A stretch of DNA of 62,922 bases, the filler included, from Atractiella rhizophila (taxonomy: Eukaryota): the NCBI GenBank assembly GCA_021432655.1. It is 5 parts of 5 records of this genome, joined end to end, with 100 filler letters (N's around TTAATTAATTAA, not from the genome) between each part and the next. Parts side by side here need not be neighbours in the genome. Positions count along the whole stretch, not along the records: positions 1 to 16,749 come from MU271892.1; 4 more parts are not named here. The stretch is one strand, 5' to 3'. A program made the position numbers and the translations under genes. Below, piece after piece: positions 1 through 9,756 of the stretch (within the stretch, counting starts at the first letter, position 1; each line of letters opens with the position of its first letter). Under the pieces are notes generated by a model that was not told where the DNA came from, made no database searches, and saw nothing but the letters and a program-made list of their open reading frames with translations.

Positions 1-412
1 CGAAAACTCTACCTTCATGGAAAATCTGGTATGACGATATCGACTGCTGCCGTAATAACAGAATGTCCATCTCCTCAGAAGACAAGTGTTGATCAAGCCG
101 CTCTCTGTGGCCATTCAAAGTGTGGCAGGCATGGGGGGGAAGCTCGGTTGAGCGTCACCATCTTCGGTTCGTCTACCTCCCCTCCTACCCTGCTTCTTTA
201 TCCTTAAAATATTGGCCGTGAGCTTCAGCATTAAAAATTGGAGAAGATAATATCAGAATTCCTGAGAAGAACAGTACCAAGTACAAGATGGAACACATAC
301 CTCTGACAAGGAATGGGAAGTTCGTTGGGATATCTTTGCCATCTCCATTTTCTCCGATTTGATATTTCACTTTGATGTCGGTGCAGCTCGTCGCACTTTG
401 TAGCGAGGATGA

Positions 413-504
413 GGAGAGGAATGGCATGGGAGAGGAATGGCATGGGAGAGGAATGGCATGGGAGAGGAATGGCATGGGAGAGGAATGGCATGGGAGAGGA
501 ATGG
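413..504. repeat. Minisatellite, 16-bp unit GGAGAGGAATGGCATG
   Basis: Five perfect units (413-492) plus 12 bp of a sixth, read directly. Confidence 0.95.
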
Positions 505-1603
505 TATACAAGATCCTACACCCGTGCTCGTTTGACAACTCCCCATTAGGTTCAAAGGAAATACTTACCTACAGCTGTCAGTACCGGTGTATAAGAATCG
601 GGAGGAGCGAGAGAATTTTCAGCCGTGCGCATGCTCTATTCAGGGTGAGGCGTGAAGCTAACAAGGAGGGGAAGTTCTCGCATCGTATGCCTTAGAGGTG
701 AAGGAAAGCAAACCAAAATGGAGGAAGTTAGATTAACAGAGTGGAGAGATGATGGAGGACAAAGGGCTTTCACCAGTTGTCGCGTCTACAGCATCCGACA
801 TATTGTGCCTGTTCAGATAGTGCGATGGGAAGGATACCAAGTATCAGGACACCATAAATTCCATTTTCCTTTCCTCATAATTTCAGATATTAACGGTCAT
901 GTAATCTTTAAGGCATTTGATGAAAAGAATCCATTCGTAGGCTAAGCATACGTTACGTTCATACAAAACTCCTTGCATGTGTAGAGTTCTCAGACTCTTC
1001 TTTCCATATACGCCACAGCATGCCAGCGACAGGACGTGATTCAAGAGACGTACCTTCATATTCTATCTTTTTTTGACGACCACCCACTAATCCTACGAGC
1101 CGCTGAGCTCCAGAACACACAGTGATTTCTGCCGGCCTTCACACTGCACACTCTCTCTTGTCTCGCAAACCCAGCTCCACAGGCATTCGTTAAGGGCAAA
1201 ACTTGAACATCCATTTTCAACTCCTCATCCTCGTGAGTCCATCCCACGATCCCGCAGAGCCAACGGACGGATGTTGCGGAACTGAACCACTCCAGGCAGT
1301 AGGGTAGGTACGATTTTCAGCTTAATGGTATTCTAACGTTGTGTATGGAAAGATCGCGTGTGAATGGGCTTGAAGATTCCTCGCAACCGCTGAGTAGGAG
1401 GTGTTGAGTACAAGGGAGGCGAGCTTTGGAAGGTACGGTACATTGAATAGCGGGGAGGGATGGACGGATGGCATTGTCCCGAATGAATTCCACCCCTGAT
1501 CCTAGTCACCCATTTTCAATGTTGCATTAGATGTAGAGGGAACTGAACTGAGCACCTTTCTCTCGTGTCTTCTCTAGAACACAAGTGGGAAATATGAGGA
1601 TCT

Positions 1604-3343
1604 TCAGCGCCACTCCTCTCCACCCTCCCGAATCCATATCTCGCAATCCTCCTCGATAACCCCAACCTCTCTCAGCGTGCTTCTGGCTGTACGTATCGCT
1701 TCCTCAAGCCACCCTCCAAAGAATAGCTGAACGCGCAAGTTGCGTCTTCTCGTCGTCTTCACCTTTTCAGCACCATCCACCGTATCCCCCTCCTCCTTCA
1801 ACCCCCTGTCCCCAAAGAACCAGCAGATGAAGTCTGAGAATACAAACCCTGTGAATCCCCAGTCCACCACACAATACCGAACATCTATGTCTCTTATCGC
1901 TTTTGCATTTGTGAGGGTGTGGAAGAACTGGGGGGAAACGAGGTTTGAAGCCTCCTCACCACCGTCGAGGATGAGGAAGGTAAGTTGGTTGAGGTGTGAT
2001 AAGTCGAGTGGACTGGGTAGGATGGAGGTCTTTCCAGCAGGCGAGTAGGGGGCGAGCATGATCTCGAGATATTCGAGGAGAGGTGGCAGACAGGAGCCTG
2101 AGACGGAGGGAGGGAGGGGACACAGGTTGGAGAGATACGAATACGTGAGGGTCAGTGGGAGAGAGAGCGATGGGAGAGGCGGGTATGTGTCAAGGTACAG
2201 GAGTTTGAGGTTAGATGATAATTGAGGGCCAGGTGATGTCGACGAGGCAGAGTCCTCCACGTCGTAAGCACGGAACTGTCTCATCCTGTCACCCATCCTC
2301 CCTGTAAAATTCTCGACCTCATCCTTCTTCCACTTTCTCGAACCTTGCCCTCCAAAAGTTACGTCATACAATTTCCTCAAGCGTTCAATCGCATGCAACA
2401 CAATCTTCGCCTCCTCTTCATTCCAAATTGCATCCATCCGCACTGATGTGACATTCGGTACGCCAGCGATAACGTCTTTCGCCATCTCACCGCTGACATC
2501 ATCATCCTTTATCCAAAACACGAGTGTTGTCCACAAATGCCCGGCATTAGGATAAGCTGTCAAACGAGCATGCAACTCCTTCACAGAAACATCTACACTC
2601 AAATATGCGGCTGAAACAGCCTTCCAAAGCTGACAGACGGCAGAAAGTCGCTTGAAGGAAACGAGATATCCAGTACCTTCTATGAGCTGTTCAGGTTCAT
2701 CAAATGAAAGAAACTCGAAGATGAGTGAGAGGATCTCCGTAGGAAGGTGTGCGATACTGCATAAACTAATACCTGTAGATCGAGTTGTGGAGAGGGAGAG
2801 TTGGATGGTTATCCCCAGACCGGTGGATGGGATGGTTGATTCCTCCCATTTGCTGAGAGGAATGAAACACTCTTGCTCCTCAGAGCATAGGGCGACGGAG
2901 TCGAAGATGGCCTCAGAGCGATTATCTGGAAGATGAAAAGTGCATGTGAAGGGCTTCCGAAACAGGCCCTCCAATTCCACGGATGCAAGATATTTGGTAT
3001 CCCCAAAAGTTACCGTAATACTTCCCCACTCCAACCTGACGCAAAGGTTTACAGCCCCGTCGGCTCCAACTTCATTTTCGAGACCTTCCAGAGAGAAGTT
3101 CGATGATTTCGACGGCTCATCCTCGTAGCTCCAGAATTTAACAGGCAGGACAAATGTGATCCGGAGCATGTGAATTGATAGAGGGAGGCGTGAAAGGAAA
3201 GAGGGAAGAATGGAGAGGTGGATTGGACTGCCATGTCGTAATGTTACTGGGGTGATGAGATGGGCCAGTGCGATTGACTCTGTTCCCTCATCATCCTTCT
3301 GTGAAATCAAAGTTTCCTTCTCAATCCTTCCTGGAGATGACAT
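1604..3343 (-). CDS. F-box-like protein with LRR-like C-terminal region (expanded paralog family)
   Basis: 579-aa ORF with an F-box-like motif IAHLPTEILSLIFEFL...LSAVCQLWKAVS and a C-terminal LDGGEEASNLVSPQF motif shared with paralogs in this window. The 5' end may contain an intron. Confidence 0.7.
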   Translation of the reverse strand: MSSPGRIEKETLISQKDDEGTESIALAHLITPVTLRHGSPIHLSILPSFLSRLPLSIHMLRITFVLPVKFWSYEDEPSKSSNFSLEGLENEVGADGAVNLCVRLEWGSITVTFGDTKYLASVELEGLFRKPFTCTFHLPDNRSEAIFDSVALCSEEQECFIPLSKWEESTIPSTGLGITIQLSLSTTRSTGISLCSIAHLPTEILSLIFEFLSFDEPEQLIEGTGYLVSFKRLSAVCQLWKAVSAAYLSVDVSVKELHARLTAYPNAGHLWTTLVFWIKDDDVSGEMAKDVIAGVPNVTSVRMDAIWNEEEAKIVLHAIERLRKLYDVTFGGQGSRKWKKDEVENFTGRMGDRMRQFRAYDVEDSASSTSPGPQLSSNLKLLYLDTYPPLPSLSLPLTLTYSYLSNLCPLPPSVSGSCLPPLLEYLEIMLAPYSPAGKTSILPSPLDLSHLNQLTFLILDGGEEASNLVSPQFFHTLTNAKAIRDIDVRYCVVDWGFTGFVFSDFICWFFGDRGLKEEGDTVDGAEKVKTTRRRNLRVQLFFGGWLEEAIRTARSTLREVGVIEEDCEIWIREGGEEWR

Positions 3344-3704
3344 GCAGGACTAAACCCCACGAATTCATGTTAAACGAGACAAGTGAGGGGGAAAGATCAG
3401 ATCATGCCTGCAATGCGTGTTGTTCAGCCATCTCGACGTTCTCCACGCGAGGATCAGACGTCACAATTGTGAGGATGGATCGCAAAACTGCTCGTGAGAG
3501 TCGGCGGATTAGGCAACTGTTTGCAATTTGGTCAAACGTGTGGCTTCTGTGAAGCGAGAAACGAACGAGGAGATAGCCCGGTCTTTGAATGAGCGCGAAC
3601 GTACGTCGCTTGAATGAATGAATTACAACCACCTCACCCCCCTCAACTCCTTGCTAGCATCGCAGCTCCAACCTGCTCGCTAGTTTCTCTACTTCAAATC
3701 AATA

Positions 3705-4904
3705 ATGGCAGAAAATTACTTCGGTTCTGGCGTGGCAAAGGAGGTGTTCTCCAACTTATGGTCCCAGAGATTAGGAATGCCGGACTCTCCTGAAAACTTG
3801 CCACTCTTTGAAAGGGCATGTTCAGCACTCCCGGCAGATGTTAAATCAGAAGGGTTCTTTTCTACCCACAAGTTTTTTCCTAGCCTTGATACATGGGTTC
3901 CTGATTCTACCATTCCTGTACCTGGGCCACCATTGCCACCCTCTTCCAATCGTTCCCCACACACCTCACTGTCTGCAAATTCCTCGCAGACCAAGGCAAC
4001 AACCACTCCTTCTGCATCTGCACCTCGCCCACAGGACCCTTCCTCCGATGCCGATACTGATCCTTTGATACCACCTAGAGATAAAGGCAAAAGCAAAGCG
4101 CCACTCAGCAGGGAAGTTTCCCCGGACCTGGAGGTTCTCAATGTTGCCCCACCTCCGATGGGCCAGAGAAGCATTGGCGATTTAGTCAAATCATACTTCG
4201 CGTCTCATCCAGATTTACCAATGATCTTGGGCTTACCACGCTTGGAGGATCCACGGAACCTCACTAGCACTCATAAATTTTTTAATACTCTACGATCTGC
4301 TTCCGAATTTATTGATTCCAGCGAAGATCGAGAGCACTGGATCCGTCAATGTAACGGTCTCCCACCCTCAAAGACACTTGATCTTATCGTACTCCTGCAA
4401 GATCGCTACTTCTCCTGTCTCATTCTCACACGGGATTATGTTTCCCATATTGGAAAGTGTGAGATTGAGCTTGCAAAAGCAGTATCTGCAGCTAAGGAGA
4501 AGGATGATTCTCTTGAAGCTGCACTCACGAGGATTGCATCCCTAGAATCCGAACTTCAAGCTCTCCGCCAAATTTCCTCCTCTTCTAGCCATCCTCCAGT
4601 CGCATCTTCTGCCTCTTCTTTCCTTCCCTCCATTTCCGCCCACCCAGCTCCTCCTATCACATCCGGTTCCAATTCCATTCCAATTCAGAAAAAACGTGTT
4701 CTTTTTGACTTGGATGACTTACCCTCAATTGATGAGTGCAAGCGACGTAGAATCAGCGGCCCTATCGAAAATACAAGCACTGCTAGCACTCAATGTGGAG
4801 ATACTACAAAGTCTAGGAAGGACCTGGTGAAAGATGCCTGGTCATCGAAACGTGACCAGACATTAGACATTGACCCTAATATGAATCCTTCCCTCTTCCT
4901 CGAG
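3705..4904 (+). CDS. YR retroelement ORF1, 5' part (Pro/Ser-rich with a predicted coiled coil); probable exon 1
   Basis: The unspliced ORF 3705-4925 is 406 aa and has a heptad-like stretch ELAKAVSAAKEKDDSLEAALTRIASLESELQALRQ. A consensus donor GAG|GTAAGT sits at 4905, just before the stop. Confidence 0.65.
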
Positions 4905-5170
4905 GTAAGTCTTTATTCCATCTAGTTCTCCGATTCTTATTTCGGAGACATCTCTTCTAATTCATCAATCCCTATGCAAGGTTGTGCTCTTCATATTGAC
5001 TTCTCCCTCTCTCTCATCGCAGTTACTCTGCCTGGTTCACAACCAAATCACTTCTCCAGAATTCACTTCTCCCATACTTATCTCTCCCGCTCCAAATGCA
5101 CATCTCAAATGAGACAAATTCCTTCTTCCAATGCACTTCTCCTCTAATTCATTTATATGTTTACTTTCAG

Positions 5171-6190
5171 AATTTACTTCTCCAAAATGTTTACTCATAC
5201 TCACTCTTCCAGTCTGTTGCTCCTCGTGTCGAAGAATGGATTCAACATCATCCTCATGCTTACGTTCCACTCAATATTTTCGCAGAATCCACCAAGCGTA
5301 AGGTGGAAGCAGAGTTCAACGAGTCGAAAGGGAGCCTCAATTCTGAGAACCAAGCAGTACGCGACACAGCATTTCGCCAACAGGGACTTTCCATCTTCCG
5401 CAAGTATGAGGCCGATGCCCTTCTCACATCGAAAGCAGATTGGGACTTTGGATTTGAAGTGTACTGCCACATCCTCCTTGAGGGTGAGCAACTAGAAATG
5501 GCCCAGGGAATAAAACCTAATGGTGTGCTCGCTCAAATGCAATGCCTTCAACATTGGATGCATGCAAAGTATAACCGTTCGCGCATCGCTTGCCCTGAGC
5601 TAGGGGGGCAATGGCCAATTCTTCTTAAAGTCGAACGACGTGTTCGGAAAATTCATGAGCAATGTCACCGAGCCCACTTTGGTTCAGAAGATAACTGGGA
5701 GATCATGTTCAATGATGCTAGGATGGAAGTTTCCGATCTCGTTCAGCTTAAATCTTCCTTACCAATTGGTAACACTTCGTTTTCTCTTGGGACTTCGAAT
5801 ACCCTTCTATCTCAGTCTTTTCGACAGCCCTTTCGTGCGCAAACCCCGGGCAATAGCCCATCACAACGCTCCACCTCGTCCTTCCAACAACCCATCCACT
5901 GCTACAGATGCAACCGCCTTGGCCACAGCATCGACCGGTGTGTTGCCCTCAAGATTGAAGATGTCAATGTTTCCAAAGATTTGCGGCATCCGTCTCAAGT
6001 CGCTGGTAAACTCATCTCTCAAGGAGACCGTAAACCGATATGCCGATATTATCAAATCAGGAAAAATGGATGCCGCTTTGGAGGTGAGGGAGAACATTGT
6101 CGTGGAGGATTACACATCTGTTCTCTCTGCGATAAGGCTCATTGCCGAGCTTGCCTCCACACTCCCCACTCCAATCGAAGTCCCTCTTAA
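5171..6190 (+). CDS. YR retroelement gag-like region with CCHC knuckle and Cys/His finger; probable exon 2 of ORF1
   Basis: CYRCNRLGHSIDRC knuckle and CRYYQ...C...C...HICSLCDKAH finger. It follows a branch site CTAAT (5144-5148) and acceptor TTTCAG (5170). Confidence 0.8.
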   Translation, partial: NLLLQNVYSYSLFQSVAPRVEEWIQHHPHAYVPLNIFAESTKRKVEAEFNESKGSLNSENQAVRDTAFRQQGLSIFRKYEADALLTSKADWDFGFEVYCHILLEGEQLEMAQGIKPNGVLAQMQCLQHWMHAKYNRSRIACPELGGQWPILLKVERRVRKIHEQCHRAHFGSEDNWEIMFNDARMEVSDLVQLKSSLPIGNTSFSLGTSNTLLSQSFRQPFRAQTPGNSPSQRSTSSFQQPIHCYRCNRLGHSIDRCVALKIEDVNVSKDLRHPSQVAGKLISQGDRKPICRYYQIRKNGCRFGGEGEHCRGGLHICSLCDKAHCRACLHTPHSNRSPS

Positions 6191-7981
6191 GGTATCTAAC
6201 CCCCTTCCTTGGATCTCAAATCTTGGCAATCCCAATAAGCAAATTATCTCCTCTTATGACCCGGATGCCTTTGAACGACTTATCACGATTTGTAACTTAC
6301 AGGAGAAGTACTTATCACCTTCGCTTAATGTTCCAAATCTCATTCGTTTCGGATATAATGCTGGTATTAATGGAATCGATTATGTGAAGCTGCTTCCACC
6401 AAATTCTTCGACGAAATACATGGACAATAACAAATTAGCTTTTGTTCGTGATTGGTGCCAAAAAGAAAAATCGAAATTACGTTTACTAGGACCTTTTTCT
6501 GAAACCCAAATGGATCAGCACTTCGATGGTGTCTGGCGAACTAACCCAATCTCTATTGTCGACAAGGCTGGCTCGCCTGGCAAATATCGACTTGTGGTAG
6601 ACTTCTCCCGCAAAGTCAAGAAACCTTGCCCACCTCCTTTCGCTTCCGTTAACTCTTTCATCGACAAAACCAAATTTCCTTGTGATTGGGACGGCTTTGA
6701 TCGTACTGCTCAACTTCTTATTTCACTTCCAAATGATGCTGAGATCCTAGTTCTTGATGTTGAGGATGCCTTTCGAACTTTCAGCACGGATGCCTCTTCT
6801 CGGCGTTGGTTTTGCTTCAAAGATTTTGACAATAATTTCTGGGTCGATGTCGTAGCCAGCTTCGGCTGCACATCCTGCCCAGGCATGTATACCACTTTCA
6901 ACAAATGCTGGATAGACATCCTTCATGGTCTAGGTTTTCCCAAAGGTTTTCATTGGGTAGACGATAATTTCCTAACTCGCTCCCGGTCTCAAAATGTGTG
7001 GTTTGATGCAGACGATGTCCTCTCTGTCCTTCGTATATTACGTGTTCCCATCTCATCCACAAAGGCTTACGATTTTTCACAAACTTGGAAATACCTCGGC
7101 TTTATCTGGTCTGTTCCTTCACGACGGATCTCCTTGCCTGAACTTAAGTTTTACAAAGTGTTTTTACTCCTTCAGTTTTTTCTCGCGCCACATTATTGCT
7201 TTGATTTTGCACAGCTCGAGTATCTCTTAGGTTTTCTTGTTCATATTCTCCTCATTGCTCCTCATTTACGCCCTCACCTCGCCCCCCTTTATGCACTTAA
7301 ACGCCAATTTCTTGCAATTGAACAGAAGGAGGGAGAGGAGGCTGCACATTGTATCAAGAAATTTGTATCTCAGCCAGTTCGTAACACCCTTCTCTCCCTC
7401 CTCCACTCCCTTCTAGACTCTCCACCATTCTTCTATCCAAGTGACTCCAACAACCCTCTCGATTTTGGATGGTTTGGTGACGCTAGCACATCGTGGGGAT
7501 TGGGAGTTGTAATAGGGAAATATTGGTCTGTGTGGAAATTAGAAGCTGATGTAAAGGACCCTGATGGGAAGATTGGAGTAGGGGAAATCTTGCTATTGAA
7601 CTCGGAGCCCTTCTCTTTCAATCTCTTCTCTTGTCCCCTAACACTTCTGTTATATCCCAGCGCAATCGTGTTGAGCGCTCAATTATTCTCCACACAGACA
7701 ATACAGGGGCGCAGGGTGCCTACAAATCTGGTTGGTGCTCTAATTCGATTATAAATTCTGCTTTGCTTCGTATTTTCTCTTTGTCACACTCTCTCTTTGT
7801 CCAATTTGTTCCCGTTTATGTGCCGTCTGCTAACAATCTTGCTGACCCTCTCTCTCGTGGCGAATTTTCTGCTTTTTCCCCTTCTTACTTTGTCCCTATC
7901 CCTTCGCCTCATCACATCTCACATATTGTTAGCTCATTTAATTCCTTTACCGACCTCTCTCATGTTTCTCAAGATGCATAA
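5640..7981 (+). CDS. YR retroelement reverse transcriptase-RNase H, broken by one frameshift near 7590
   Basis: RT motifs KYRLVVDFS, LDVEDAFR, SFGCTSCP, WVDD and YLGF. RNase H motifs GDASTSWG and GEI, then in the -1 frame AIELG, HTDN and NLADPLSRG. Confidence 0.92.
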
Positions 7982-7992
7982 AACCTAAATGC

Positions 7993-9756
7993 ATGTGTCC
8001 CCGCCTTGTTCGCCTTGTATCCCTCGTTCGTCTCGCACGTGCCCCACAAAATCAGTCCTATTCTTATACCTCCTTCTTTGCTCTGCCCCTCTATGACCAC
8101 ATAGTCTCCCCATCTGTCTTTCTAATGCCTTCCAAGATGTCTCCTACCTCACACAGGAGAGTCAGGGCAGCTGCAGTTAATCGGCGGAAAAACTCTTCTC
8201 TCTCTAACTACCCTCCAAACCAGCCTAATGCATCTGCTGTTAAATTTGCGAGCCAATACCATTTCCCAGGTATCACCCCAGCCACCCACACATCCAATCC
8301 AGATTTGGAAACTCTGATCCTGTTTGATAACGCTCTCAAGAATTTACGTAATTTCCAAGCCTGTTCTGACTTGTCCACTTTCAAGGCTATACACAACTCA
8401 CCATCATTTAAAGGAGCTGCTCGTCTTACAGGCTGGACAAGTTCACACAACCCTGATCCTACACATCTGATCATTGACAATCCCATCATCCGCCATGCTC
8501 AGAAAGATGCCTTGTCACATGCCTACAGCAAAGGCACACTTGCCTCTTACTCCTCTGCCCTTCCGAAATACATCGAATTTTGTGATAAAATGTGTGTCCC
8601 ACCTTCAGATCGTTTCCCTGCCACAGCACCTTTGGTATGCAGCTTTGTTATTTGGTGCTCTTCACCTATGAATGGCGTCCACCCTGATCTTGCCCCATCA
8701 CAATCCGTCTCCATCAATACAGCAGAGCACTACGTCTCTGGCCTCAAGGCCTGGCATCTCCTTAATGGCTTTCCTTGGATATGGGAACACAGGCCGGATG
8801 AGCTCACTCTCTATTGCAAAGGCATTGCTCGCCAGCAAGGCACCCTGTTTAAGGCCGCTGTGCGCCCAGCAGTTACGCTCAAAATGATTCTTCTTCTTGT
8901 CGACAAACTCGATCACTCTAATTGCTTTGATGCAGCTGTTTTAGCCTGTGCCATAATCACCTTTTTCTCCCTCTTCCGGTTAGGGGAAACCACAGTCCGA
9001 TCTCACAAATCCTTTGATTCGGCGAAATCAATTACTCGTGATGATCTCTCCCGACATCTTACTGAAGAAGATTTCCCTTATCTCCGCATACTTCTTCGGA
9101 ATGATAAATCCCTCCCCCCCGGTCACTCTCGAGTTTTGAGGCTTCCTCAGACCAGACTAGGCGATGTCTGGACAATGGACCTCATAGTTAACCATCTTCG
9201 CATCAACAACTCCAGTAACACACTTAACCATCTATTTGCATATATTGATCACAAGAAAAATGATGGCTCTCTTCGGGCTCTTACCCGTTCAGCTTTTCTC
9301 TATCGATGTAACCAGATCTGGTCAGCAGCAGGCTATAACCACTTCTCTGGTCATTCCTTCCGCATCGGAGGTGCCTCATTTCTCCTCCAACTTGGGTTTG
9401 ATATCGAGTACATTAGGATGGTAGGAAGGTGGAAGACAATCACGTACGAACGGTACCTGCGTTTCCTTGACGGCTACATACCCAACCTATTCACAAAAAT
9501 CACCCTCCTGTCCAACAGAAAAGCTTTCCTCCCAACAATTTCCGTCTCCAAACCACCCCATAATTTCTCTGATTTCGAACAATCCTTTCTCGAACGGTTC
9601 GCATATGAGAACTTCAACAGGATTTGCAGACCTTTAAACGACAACTCTTCTGCTTCAAAAATTCCACCCAATACAGGCAAGGAACTTCATGACAAGGCCG
9701 AATTCCTAAAAAAGTCTGCTCGTCATTTCAGTTTTGGGGCAGGACAGAAGCGCTAG
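7993..9756 (+). CDS. Tyrosine recombinase of the retroelement
   Basis: 587 aa. N-terminal YSKGTLASYSSALPKYIEFC region, then catalytic set LFRLGE (R), GHSFRIGG (HxxR), GRW and YERYLR (Y). Confidence 0.95.
   Translation: MCPRLVRLVSLVRLARAPQNQSYSYTSFFALPLYDHIVSPSVFLMPSKMSPTSHRRVRAAAVNRRKNSSLSNYPPNQPNASAVKFASQYHFPGITPATHTSNPDLETLILFDNALKNLRNFQACSDLSTFKAIHNSPSFKGAARLTGWTSSHNPDPTHLIIDNPIIRHAQKDALSHAYSKGTLASYSSALPKYIEFCDKMCVPPSDRFPATAPLVCSFVIWCSSPMNGVHPDLAPSQSVSINTAEHYVSGLKAWHLLNGFPWIWEHRPDELTLYCKGIARQQGTLFKAAVRPAVTLKMILLLVDKLDHSNCFDAAVLACAIITFFSLFRLGETTVRSHKSFDSAKSITRDDLSRHLTEEDFPYLRILLRNDKSLPPGHSRVLRLPQTRLGDVWTMDLIVNHLRINNSSNTLNHLFAYIDHKKNDGSLRALTRSAFLYRCNQIWSAAGYNHFSGHSFRIGGASFLLQLGFDIEYIRMVGRWKTITYERYLRFLDGYIPNLFTKITLLSNRKAFLPTISVSKPPHNFSDFEQSFLERFAYENFNRICRPLNDNSSASKIPPNTGKELHDKAEFLKKSARHFSFGAGQKR

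Noticed and set aside
413..504. Repeat array as a CRISPR
   Set aside because: No spacers, eukaryotic context and no cas genes.
7993..9756. Phage integrase, Crypton or Starship captain
   Set aside because: The YR lies directly downstream of RT/RNase H and gag-like ORFs, which is the layout of a YR retrotransposon.
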